From an uncultured Candidatus Bathyarchaeia archaeon (GTDB taxonomy: Archaea; Thermoproteota; Bathyarchaeia; Bathyarchaeales; DTEX01), in contig CAZPBM010000001.1 in assembly GCA_964584965.1 (NCBI GenBank), positions 9,841 through 73,840 on the forward strand: a stretch of DNA of 64,000 nt, in the 5' to 3' direction. The translations under genes were made by a program, and so were the position numbers. Each line of letters opens with the position of its first letter. Positions within the stretch are counted from its first letter, which is position 1. Below, piece by piece: positions 55,465 through 64,000 of this stretch. A model generated the notes under the pieces. That model was not told where the DNA came from, ran no database searches, and was given only the letters and a program-made list of their open reading frames with translations.

Positions 55465-56145
55465 TTATAACCCGTCAACAATTCTGACAATATCATAAAC
55501 GTTGTTTACAACTTTATAGCCAAGTTCGCAAACCTTTTCGATTCCTTGCCCGCCACCAACAAAAACAAATCTTAACCCAGCTTGGCAGGCGCATTCAGCA
55601 TCTGACCAATGGTCTCCGACGAAAACTGTCTCCTCTGGCCTTACGCCTAGGAGTTTCAGAAGATAGAAAGCATGCTTAGGGTTAGGTTTAGGCTGGTCAA
55701 CGTCATCTCTCGCAGCAACAGCGTCAAAGTATTCAGATAGATTGAACTTGGCAAGTATTCTCTCAGCGTATTCGTGGCAGCTTCGGGTTAAGACTCCAAG
55801 CTTCAACCCCTTTTGCCTAAGAGCTCGCAAGGTTGCAGCCACGCTATCAGCTAAGGCTGCGTTGCCTACAGATTGAAGCTCAACTTCGTTCATTATGTTT
55901 GACACCTCCGCAAGAATGTTGGCGACTTGTTTTTTGGAGAAGCCTTTCTGTTCAAGGTCTTCCACCGCCAGTTTCAAGATTTCCACAGTTAACATTTCTT
56001 CGCTTAGAAGCCCAGACGTAACGCCGTTTGATCGCAGATAAGAAATAATCTTTCTTTTCATCTCCTTGAAAGGAATAGCGGAATTAATCAAAGTGCCATC
56101 AAGATCGAAGACAACAGCTTTCACAGATGCCATCAATCCGTACAC
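55465..56145 (-). CDS. HAD-superfamily hydrolase (phosphoglycolate phosphatase-like)
   Basis: VVFDLDGTLINS (motif I), LTRS (motif II), and VGDHWSD (motif IV). Confidence 0.8.
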   Translation of the reverse strand: MYGLMASVKAVVFDLDGTLINSAIPFKEMKRKIISYLRSNGVTSGLLSEEMLTVEILKLAVEDLEQKGFSKKQVANILAEVSNIMNEVELQSVGNAALADSVAATLRALRQKGLKLGVLTRSCHEYAERILAKFNLSEYFDAVAARDDVDQPKPNPKHAFYLLKLLGVRPEETVFVGDHWSDAECACQAGLRFVFVGGGQGIEKVCELGYKVVNNVYDIVRIVDGL

Positions 56146-56566
56146 GCTAATTTAAACAAAAACCATCTACATTAAAAACCTTGTCCAAACTTTTCAAACA
56201 AGTTCTTTTTCAAATATTTGTCAGCTAATATGAAAGAGGATTCCAGCGCTTCGGTTGTTTCCGCAGAGCCTGTGTAGAGAAAAAATTTCGGCGGTTCTCC
56301 GGAGCTACAAAAAACTGCAATGTACGCACCTTAACAAATACTGTCTGTTCAGCTAAGAATTATAGAACGAGATGTCATCAATATGACGCCGAAAATGGTT
56401 GGTAATATTTTATGGTATCATGAGGTCATCTTATGTTCCCACAGAACTAAGCGCACTTTAACAAAGATACAAAAGATAACCTCGACTTTTATTAAAGTGT
56501 GTTGACAACGAAATAACAAAATTCTTATTATGTCTTTCATATCTTTATTTCATATGGCGCTTTGAG

Positions 56567-59500
56567 GTGGTCTTGCTTCGTAGCAAATTGAAGTTTATCC
56601 ATCCTAAGCATAGAGGGACTTGTGGGAACATAATCGTGAAGAAAAAAACTGTGGTCGCAAGTTTATTGGTTTCTGCCTTGGTTATCCTGATCATTTGTGT
56701 TTCTATTTCTCTTCATTTCTTACCTGAATCACTGACAGGTGTTGAGGTTCAACTCAACTTTTTTGACTACCCTACCAAGAACCCTATCGAAGGATTAGAG
56801 ATTAGTTTTTGTATGAGAACTGGTGAACAAGACTTCAAAATATTCGGAGTTTCTGATGAAGACGGAAAGGTGTCTAGATCTGCGCCTCTAAAAGAATATG
56901 GTGTCAAACCCTTGGCGACAAATGTCTCTATTTCTGGTGTTTGGGCTCTTCTACAGATAGTGGGAGACGAAGAGAGTTCCGTTGACAGAGACAGATGGTT
57001 CATAAAAGACTTTAGGCCATTTCTCTCAAACTGTTCAGAATATTCTTTCAACAATGTAAATCTTCGGCGGGAATGGGTTGAATCGACACTTGTCTTTAGA
57101 CTGGAATTTTACTTAACTCAAGCCACAATTGTTGAGATCCGTGATCCAGTTCTCGAAGCAAGTGGATTAGGACCTCACTTGAAAGTTGATACCCTAAAAC
57201 GTAATTTCATTATGTATCTCTGGGATAACCGTGTTTTTATTGTTTCTCCGAACCCTATCCAAGTGGATTTAGATGTTAGGTATGTGGTCTATAATGCACA
57301 ACCATTGGTGTTCAGAGTTTCGATTTCGGTTGACACAAAAAATCGTACGTTCATTGACCTCACACCGTATTATGTTGAAGCTTTTTCGCGTAGCCAAATA
57401 GGACAACTAGACATCTTAATTAATAACTTAGTCTCGTATGGATTCGATGTAGTTGATTTTAGAAACAAACTTGTTCGCATAGAAAGGCTATTCAAGCTCG
57501 CGATGGAAAGGCTTGAAAGTAACGATGTTGAAGCCTTTCAAAGATATGTCCAATCAGCAATGAATTCTTACAGGGACCTTTATGTGGAAACTGCTGGAAT
57601 ATACACTAGCGGCGTTGTTTGGGTTCCAAGCCTGCTGATAGTTTTTATGTTTTTTGCGTTAAGCCTTTCTAAGATTATTGCTAAGAATTTTATGATTTTG
57701 TTCCTTATTTTCTTGATTGCTGTTTTCTGTTTGTTTGTTTTGACTAATCCATACGTGAGGCTTTTTGTTTGTAATCCTTCCGCGTTTATTCAAAGTTTTA
57801 CGCAGTCCATGGTCTTTCAGTTCTTTCTTCAATTGCTACCAATTGCGCTCTTAATTGTTGTTAGCTGTTTTGGACAGATAAGGACTTTTGCGTGGGAGAT
57901 TTTCGAAGTGAGCATACGAAATCTGAAACGGAGAAAACTCAAAACAGCTCTTGCCTTAACAACGATTGTCATAATTTCAACTTCAGCTATGTGCCTATTG
58001 ACTATTACAGTAAGAAAACAGACATTCATGGTAGTTAATCAGAACACTATACCCATAGTCGACAGGGGGTTTGTCATTTACAAAGTCATTTACCAAAGAC
58101 CCTTTTCCTCAGAAGAAAAGCCAACGAAATATTACTTGCCGATAGGGTGGTACGAAATTAAATGGTTATCAGAGCATGAATCTGTCGAGTCGATGAGTAT
58201 CTATGGTATAAGGAAAGTTAATTTCGCAAGGGCAGACGGGCTAACTATCGACGGGTTCAATCAGTTCAACCTAATCGTGGTAAATACGTCTTTTATAGGT
58301 TGCTATCAAAACGTTTCCAAAATGATCAATATTGATTGGTTTACAAAAGCCGACAGAAACATGGTTATTATTGGTTCAAAAATTGCCAATAAATATGGTC
58401 TACAGGTAGGATCTAATGTTTTGATTGACGGAAGAACGTATGTAGTTAAATCATTTATAGACGAAAATATGGCTACTCAAAATCTTCAAGACATCGACGG
58501 ATCTCCATTTCTATTTGACATATTCGATCCAGAAACTGGAAAGATAAATGGAGACTCATTTATCATCGGTGACATAAACGATTTCGATTACAATTCTGTT
58601 TCAATACTCAAAGTTTCAATCGTCCTAAGTGATCAACTTGTTCAAGACGTAAATCAGGTCATAGAAGAAATTCAAAGTTTCGGATTAGACTTTGGCGAAA
58701 CCGACGAATATTCGTATGTTATGACCTATTCAATGCAAGTTATAACACAACAGAAAGTCTACAGTGTGGAGTCTACCTCGCCCTCTGCGTTTGTTTTTGG
58801 GGAAACACCTATTGTTCCGATGACAATTGCTGTTCTAATGTTGTTTGTAAACATGATGGGAACGGTTTTTGAAAGAAAATCTGAAATTCGAACAATACAC
58901 GTCATAGGAGCAAGCCCGCTTAGAATTGGCCTCATTTTCCTGACTGAAGGTTTGATCTTGGGCATAATAGGAGGCGTTTTCAGCTACATTTTCGGGTTTT
59001 TGGCTGTCCGAATCACGAATATGACTCTTTCTGATTTGGTCTCAAAAAACATCATTGGAGGTGCACCCTTCGCTATTACTTTTTCTGCAGCGGTTCTGTC
59101 TTCGTTGCTTGGTTGCCTCTATCCTGTAATACAGTCAATGAAGATGGTTGTTCCAAGTGGCAGAATGCGTCATCAATCAAAGGACATCATAGATTTTCAT
59201 GGTCAAACTATGTGTCTGCAGGTTCCTATCAAAATTGAGGAAAGCGAGGTTAGAAAGTTTGAGAGATACCTTGAAAGCTTATCAACTGAGGTTAAGATGC
59301 TCTACAAATTTATAAGTATGAGTCCACCACGCATTGAAGAGGTAAATGGCCAACAAGCGCTTTCAATTACTGTTGACATGTCTGCTAAAGGATATGAAAT
59401 AGCAAGCTTTCTGATTCTATTTACTAAAACTGCCGAGAAAATTCTTGATGTAACTATCCAGCCGTTGAACGATAAAAAAGCTAAGACAGAGAAGTGGAGC

Positions 59501-59611
59501 CGCGAACACAAGGACAACATCAATGAATTGTCTCAATTTCTCAGAGAGAAGATTCTGGCATTCAAGATTAGTGGACACGATTCTGACCTTTTGCCAACTC
59601 GCAAGAAATAG
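56567..59611 (+). CDS. Large membrane protein: N-terminal extracytoplasmic domain plus TM bundle, fused to an FtsX/MacB-type permease and an unknown C-terminal cytoplasmic domain
   Basis: EVSIRNLKRRKLKTALALTTIVIISTSAM is a MacB/FtsX TM1 signature. It is followed by an extracytoplasmic domain of about 250 aa and an FtsX domain (ERKSEIRTIHVIGASPLRIGLIFLTEGLILGIIGGVFSYIFGFLAV...). The exact start is uncertain. Confidence 0.65.
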   Translation: MVLLRSKLKFIHPKHRGTCGNIIVKKKTVVASLLVSALVILIICVSISLHFLPESLTGVEVQLNFFDYPTKNPIEGLEISFCMRTGEQDFKIFGVSDEDGKVSRSAPLKEYGVKPLATNVSISGVWALLQIVGDEESSVDRDRWFIKDFRPFLSNCSEYSFNNVNLRREWVESTLVFRLEFYLTQATIVEIRDPVLEASGLGPHLKVDTLKRNFIMYLWDNRVFIVSPNPIQVDLDVRYVVYNAQPLVFRVSISVDTKNRTFIDLTPYYVEAFSRSQIGQLDILINNLVSYGFDVVDFRNKLVRIERLFKLAMERLESNDVEAFQRYVQSAMNSYRDLYVETAGIYTSGVVWVPSLLIVFMFFALSLSKIIAKNFMILFLIFLIAVFCLFVLTNPYVRLFVCNPSAFIQSFTQSMVFQFFLQLLPIALLIVVSCFGQIRTFAWEIFEVSIRNLKRRKLKTALALTTIVIISTSAMCLLTITVRKQTFMVVNQNTIPIVDRGFVIYKVIYQRPFSSEEKPTKYYLPIGWYEIKWLSEHESVESMSIYGIRKVNFARADGLTIDGFNQFNLIVVNTSFIGCYQNVSKMINIDWFTKADRNMVIIGSKIANKYGLQVGSNVLIDGRTYVVKSFIDENMATQNLQDIDGSPFLFDIFDPETGKINGDSFIIGDINDFDYNSVSILKVSIVLSDQLVQDVNQVIEEIQSFGLDFGETDEYSYVMTYSMQVITQQKVYSVESTSPSAFVFGETPIVPMTIAVLMLFVNMMGTVFERKSEIRTIHVIGASPLRIGLIFLTEGLILGIIGGVFSYIFGFLAVRITNMTLSDLVSKNIIGGAPFAITFSAAVLSSLLGCLYPVIQSMKMVVPSGRMRHQSKDIIDFHGQTMCLQVPIKIEESEVRKFERYLESLSTEVKMLYKFISMSPPRIEEVNGQQALSITVDMSAKGYEIASFLILFTKTAEKILDVTIQPLNDKKAKTEKWSREHKDNINELSQFLREKILAFKISGHDSDLLPTRKK

Positions 59612-60038
59612 TAAGAAGACCGATTTTAGATGAAGCGGAACCTTGAACTACTATAGGCAGCTGGCTGGTTCAAGTTGCCATCTAATTATACATCTACTGT
59701 CTAGAGCTGGCCACCAAAAAGATTCAGAATTCATGCTGCGTCAAATAGTTTACTCCATATTCTAGCGCATTCTTCACAATTTCTAAAGGCTACTTAGTTT
59801 TTGATGAATTACCCAGAAACCCGCAACCAAGACCTATGATTGAATCTTTGAAACCTGTTTTTCAAATTCTCGATACTGCATTGGAACACCTTACTGAGAC
59901 TGTGCTTCTTTTTTGAAACAAAAATTTTACTTACATTTTTTAGCTGCAAATAATTCCATTTTTATTCTTTGCCTTCTAAAAAGGATAATTTGTTCATGTT
60001 CTCCAAGAAACTGAAGACTGGGTTTGCGTATGAGTATC

Positions 60039-60428
60039 CTATTTTCTCTCAATCAGTTCAATGAGTGTTCCATCAGGATCCTCAATGAAAGCAATCAATG
60101 AACCATGAGGACTAAGCCTAAAAGGCTCATCAGTAATCGTAACTCCTTCATTCCGCATCAATGAAATAGCCTTCTCCATGTCCTTGACTTCAAATGCAAT
60201 GTGGTCAAATACCCTGTCCTCATACTCAGCTTGAACAAACCTTTTCTGATCTTTATAGAAAGTTAGCTCTAACATTGCACCCTTCCCTTCTGAATCTTGC
60301 AGAAACGCTATTTCAGCGTTGTTCTGAGGAATTTCACGCCTGTTTAAAAGTTTTAAATTTAAAAATCTCGTGTAAAAACCAATCGACCTCTCCATATTCC
60401 TTGTCCGAACACTAACATGGATTAACAT
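60039..60428 (-). CDS. VOC-family protein (glyoxalase I-like)
   Basis: IHVSVRTRNMERSIGFYTRFLNLKL...LELTF...FDHIAFEV...IAFIEDPDGTLIELI. Confidence 0.8.
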   Translation of the reverse strand: MLIHVSVRTRNMERSIGFYTRFLNLKLLNRREIPQNNAEIAFLQDSEGKGAMLELTFYKDQKRFVQAEYEDRVFDHIAFEVKDMEKAISLMRNEGVTITDEPFRLSPHGSLIAFIEDPDGTLIELIERK

Positions 60429-60747
60429 GCTTTCACCATACTATCCTTTAACACTCTTTTAGCATTTAGAGATTCCCATCGTATCAGTAAACCCAAAATA
60501 ATAAAACGATTCTTCTAAAAAATCTGAAACAACTTCGTACAACAAAAGACATAGAGACAAATGAAAAACTTTAATGAACATAAAAAACCACGCCATATAT
60601 TCGTAAGCCCATATGAAACAGTTCTAGCACGGTGGTCGAATCCACGGTTTCACAGCGAATCCACAACGTCTATATAAAGAAAAAAGTTTCAACGTGCACG
60701 GAAAGAGAAAAACTGCAATACGCTGATTGAGGCGTTCTCCGAGATTT

Positions 60748-62283
60748 TCATGACCAAACGGCTTCGATGTGGCACCTTAGATGCTTGGCAACAGTTTCGT
60801 AAAATTCCTCCTCGTGTTCTATCAAACACCGATGAATCCGTTCACGGTAAACCCACTCTCCACCACTCTTCTTTGTTGTAAGAACCGAGCCGTAAGTGAT
60901 GTGAAGCAGTTGCCTCCCATTATTCTCATCTAAATAAGTCGGTTCCAACTCGCTGTCTAAAATCTTGTTCGGATCAGGTATACGTGAAAGATCCGTCGTA
61001 ACATAGTAGGCTTTCCTGTCCTCTTCAAATCTTTGAAGCGCAAACAACACAATTTCACGAAACAGCGCAGGCTCATGCCTAGCAACAATTCTTAGAGCCT
61101 CCAAATAACTTGTTCCAGCAGTTTTTAAATGAATCAGGTCTGAAGCATACTTTCCCAAAATAGGAAAAATAGAAAACTTATCACTGCCTGAGTGGATGCT
61201 AATTTTATAAGGACCAAGAGACCTAGCGATAGAGACATGCTTCTTGAAGGATTCCTCAAATTCTTTCAAATCTCCTATGTAATCTATGGCTTTTTCAAAC
61301 TTTCCCACAAACCTTAATGCTAAGCTTGTGACTTTAACACCGAGTCTCCTCAGTTCAAGCGCAATAAAAACGTGCTCCTCAGGAGAGGTAGGAACATCAG
61401 TCTCGTCAACAGACACCTCGAAATCAAAATCTTCGTTACCAAGAATTGTCTTGACACGCCAAAAAACCTTAGCTGCAAAAGATATAGCTGCTGAGTACTT
61501 AACAGCCATCCTGAACAGTGATTGCCGAGTAAGAACAAAAACTTCGTTTCCGATGGTTACCTTTTTTCCCTCGTAAAGTTTTTTGAAGCCTTCAACGTCA
61601 CATTCAAGGTCGCACCAAGGTAAAGCCGTAAACTTTTCTTCAAGTTCTTCAAGGCTATACCTCTCAACATTGTTGTCTACGTACTCTGACGGATCAACCG
61701 TGAACATCGTATAGCCAGCACTAACAGCCCTTTCCACATCGTCGATCGACTTCAAATGATCAGCATCAGCACCAAACCCATCACGATAGCCTTCCTGAAA
61801 AACAGCCCAAGTCACATCATCCAAAACATCATCAAACGTCCTTGCTGTACGGCTTAACTCTCGAACAGACTGCTGAGCAAAAACTGGAAAAACGCCTGCT
61901 TTCGCAGCCCTTATGTGGCCAGGAGTAGCCAACCCTATTCGGTCTCCCATTCCAACCGCCACTTTCAAACCCGATGTCTGCGGACACAGAAAATGAAAAA
62001 CCCTCCTTAACACAGAGACGTTTGCATGACTAAAGGGACAGACAGCGAACACGTAGGCATCGTCTCCGACCCTAAACTTGCCATACTCCGCAACCTCGAA
62101 GTCCTTAACTGGACGCAGCATTGAACCACGTGAAAGAATGACAATCTTTCTATCAGCACCCTCTTTAACTAGAAAAAACGTACACTCATCATTCTGAACA
62201 ACAGACTTTTCGTAAACAACAAGTGGGCGTCCTTTTTCGTAAAACCGTTTGAAATAGTCGACCGTGGCATGCATTTCCGTCAA
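60748..62283 (-). CDS. uxaE: Tagaturonate/fructuronate epimerase-like protein (UxaE family)
   Basis: GMGDRIGLATPGHIRA and FAQQSVRELSRT match my memory of the UxaE family. About 510 aa, TIM-barrel-like. Confidence 0.55.
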   Translation of the reverse strand: MTEMHATVDYFKRFYEKGRPLVVYEKSVVQNDECTFFLVKEGADRKIVILSRGSMLRPVKDFEVAEYGKFRVGDDAYVFAVCPFSHANVSVLRRVFHFLCPQTSGLKVAVGMGDRIGLATPGHIRAAKAGVFPVFAQQSVRELSRTARTFDDVLDDVTWAVFQEGYRDGFGADADHLKSIDDVERAVSAGYTMFTVDPSEYVDNNVERYSLEELEEKFTALPWCDLECDVEGFKKLYEGKKVTIGNEVFVLTRQSLFRMAVKYSAAISFAAKVFWRVKTILGNEDFDFEVSVDETDVPTSPEEHVFIALELRRLGVKVTSLALRFVGKFEKAIDYIGDLKEFEESFKKHVSIARSLGPYKISIHSGSDKFSIFPILGKYASDLIHLKTAGTSYLEALRIVARHEPALFREIVLFALQRFEEDRKAYYVTTDLSRIPDPNKILDSELEPTYLDENNGRQLLHITYGSVLTTKKSGGEWVYRERIHRCLIEHEEEFYETVAKHLRCHIEAVWS

Positions 62284-62414
62284 ACAACACCTACTTCATC
62301 ATTAAATTTAATCGCAAATGGTGTCATCATTCTAAATTCTAATAATAAGCCTATTTATGAAATACTTAGGAATATAATGAACTTCTATAAAGGCGTACTG
62401 TAATGAATAAAAAG

Positions 62415-63323
62415 TCAAACGAAGTTTTTCAAGTATTTCTTACTTAGTAGAAGACCTTCTTTCTTTTTTTCCACAGTTGATTGCCAATTTCTGTCTTCAT
62501 GTTCTATGCTTATTGCCCCATTATAGCCAATTTCGTGAAGAGCCGCAATAAATCTACGCCAATCCACATCCCCTAACCCTGGAAGTCTGTCAACATGCCA
62601 GTAATATCCGAAAATACCAATGTCGCTAAGTAATTCCCTTTCAATCAAAGTGTCTTTTGCATGAGTATGAAAAATCTTGTCTTTAAACTCCCTAATCATC
62701 TTAATGTAGTCTATGCCCTGCCAGATAAGATGAGATGGGTCATAATTAAGACCAAGGTTCTTACTTGGAATCATTTCAAAAATCTTTCTCCATATTGGCG
62801 GCGAAAAAGCCACGTTTGTTCCCCCTGGCCACGTGCTGTGTTCCGGATACTGCATTGGACAGTTTTCTATGGCAATCTTTACGTCTTGTTTCTCAGCATA
62901 GTCGATGAAAGGGGGCCAAATCTCCTCAACGATCCTTAAATTGTCCTCAACACTTTTATGCATATCTCTTCCAATGAAAGTTCCCACAACCTCAACCCCT
63001 AGGCAACCTGCTGCATCTATAACCTTTTTCAAGTGGCTAAAATAGAAATCCCTACTCGTCTTATCCGAAGTAAGATAGTTTGGATAATAGCCTAAAGACG
63101 AAAGACCAAGCCCATGTTCATCAAGAAGTCTCCTAATCTCCGCAACTCCCGAATCTGACAACCCTGAAACATCAATGTGCGTAACACCAGCGTACGCACG
63201 GTCAGGAGGCCCATAAGGCCAGCAGGCAACCTCTAAAACATCGAACCCGTTCTCAGAAGCCCACTGAACCAGCTCTGCAAAAGAAAGCTCCGGCAGACAA
63301 GCTGTCATAAACCCAATCTTCAA
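62415..63323 (-). CDS. Sugar phosphate isomerase/epimerase (xylose isomerase-like TIM barrel)
   Basis: FDVLEV, KIAIEN, THAKD and SIEHED metal-ligand pattern. Confidence 0.8.
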   Translation of the reverse strand: MKIGFMTACLPELSFAELVQWASENGFDVLEVACWPYGPPDRAYAGVTHIDVSGLSDSGVAEIRRLLDEHGLGLSSLGYYPNYLTSDKTSRDFYFSHLKKVIDAAGCLGVEVVGTFIGRDMHKSVEDNLRIVEEIWPPFIDYAEKQDVKIAIENCPMQYPEHSTWPGGTNVAFSPPIWRKIFEMIPSKNLGLNYDPSHLIWQGIDYIKMIREFKDKIFHTHAKDTLIERELLSDIGIFGYYWHVDRLPGLGDVDWRRFIAALHEIGYNGAISIEHEDRNWQSTVEKKKEGLLLSKKYLKNFV

Positions 63324-63366
63324 CGTTTCCCACCTTTTCCTGATACTAGATTACCCCGTTTGTCCA

Positions 63367-64000
63367 TTAATGTTTAACGTTCACCCAGCAACCTTCACGA
63401 GCACTTCTCTTAATAGCTTCACAAACCATAACCTCGTCGTGACCATCCATGAAAGTTGGGTAAAGCAGTTGCCCCTTTTTTCCCTCTGCAATGGCAGCAT
63501 AAACGCACTTGAAAAGCTGCTTAAAGGTATCAGGGTAGCCCTCCGTATGACCGCCTGGGTAGGAGCTGTATTCCTTAGCCTTCCCTCTAAGTAAAGATGG
63601 ATCCTTAACGATCAATTCGTTCGGTTTATCCCGATGACCAACCCACAACTCATTTGGAGTTTCAGACGACCAAGCAACAGCCTTCTTCGACCCGTAAATC
63701 TCGAATCGTAAGTCATTCTTTTTGCCAGCAGCCACCTGCGACACCGTTAAGGCTCCCCTTGCACCGTCTGAAAACTCAAGCAAGACACTCGCATAGTCCT
63801 CTGTCTCAACAGAATATTCCACGTAATCAGCTTGTTTAAGTTCCTTGCCTTTAAATGTCTCCACCACAACTTTAGGCTTCTTTCTTACTGGAATAAAAGT
63901 TCTGAGATCAGCATTAACTCGGTTTATCTTTAACCCAGTTATAAAGCATACTAGATCCATCCAGTGAGTGCCAATGTCAGCCACAGCACGTAAATCACCG
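63367..64000 (-). CDS. Gfo/Idh/MocA-family oxidoreductase, C-terminal part (5' end outside the window)
   Basis: The frame remains open to base 64000 (..GDLRAVADIGTHWMDLVCFITG), which is the GG.L.D.G.H..D dimerisation-domain motif. Confidence 0.8.
   Translation of the reverse strand, partial: GDLRAVADIGTHWMDLVCFITGLKINRVNADLRTFIPVRKKPKVVVETFKGKELKQADYVEYSVETEDYASVLLEFSDGARGALTVSQVAAGKKNDLRFEIYGSKKAVAWSSETPNELWVGHRDKPNELIVKDPSLLRGKAKEYSSYPGGHTEGYPDTFKQLFKCVYAAIAEGKKGQLLYPTFMDGHDEVMVCEAIKRSAREGCWVNVKH

Noticed and set aside
1-64000. Mobile elements, CRISPR arrays, toxin-antitoxin or defence islands
   Set aside because: No transposase, integrase, Cas, nuclease or helicase signatures and no repeat arrays were seen. 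The only RHH gene is coupled to ftsZ, and the NTase at 30326-31033 has no HEPN partner.

Overview
This window is an AT-rich (by eye, not computed), gene-dense archaeal chromosomal segment with about 64 genes. I found no transposase, integrase, CRISPR array or recognisable defence genes. The archaeal assignment rests on two Alba paralogs, a nop5-fibrillarin operon, ribosomal protein L40e, an archaeal-type SRP (7S) RNA, ApgM, an archaeal AspRS and FtsZ. Recognisable blocks:
- Nucleic-acid-binding cluster: TRAM, Alba and a Sulfolobus-SSB-like OB-fold protein.
- AOR plus a ferredoxin-like partner.
- F420, molybdopterin and H4MPT-type C1 genes: cofE, a RimK/CofF-like ligase, mobA, fwdD-fwdB and ftr.
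- pyrK-pyrD.
- A complete dapA-dapB-lysC-asd-lysA operon facing an Lrp regulator.
- A HAD, chorismate mutase and tyrA operon.
- Four tRNA-charging genes: aspS, metG, ileS and ybaK/proX.
- A hexuronate-type sugar cluster at the 3' edge.

Two genes are missing from the ORF track: rpl40e (14957-15118, minus) and the SRP RNA (32139-32468, minus).

I did not find a clear-cut novel multi-gene system. The most notable signals are irregularities at gene ends:
- metG and a UPF0147 gene have conserved N-termini with no ATG, GTG or TTG. In both, a strong Shine-Dalgarno sits 7 nt before a CTC or CTG codon.
- A DUF59 gene, mscL and a secreted 448-aa protein are broken by 1-nt frame changes next to short A/T runs. 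mscL also carries an in-frame TAG.
- No gene body in the window is disrupted.

Other points of interest are an orphan 1014-aa FtsX/MacB-type permease fusion, an IleRS with degenerate HIGH and KMSKS motifs, an RHH gene translationally coupled to ftsZ, and a tandem radical-SAM pair. All calls come from reading the translations and sequence by eye; no searches were run.
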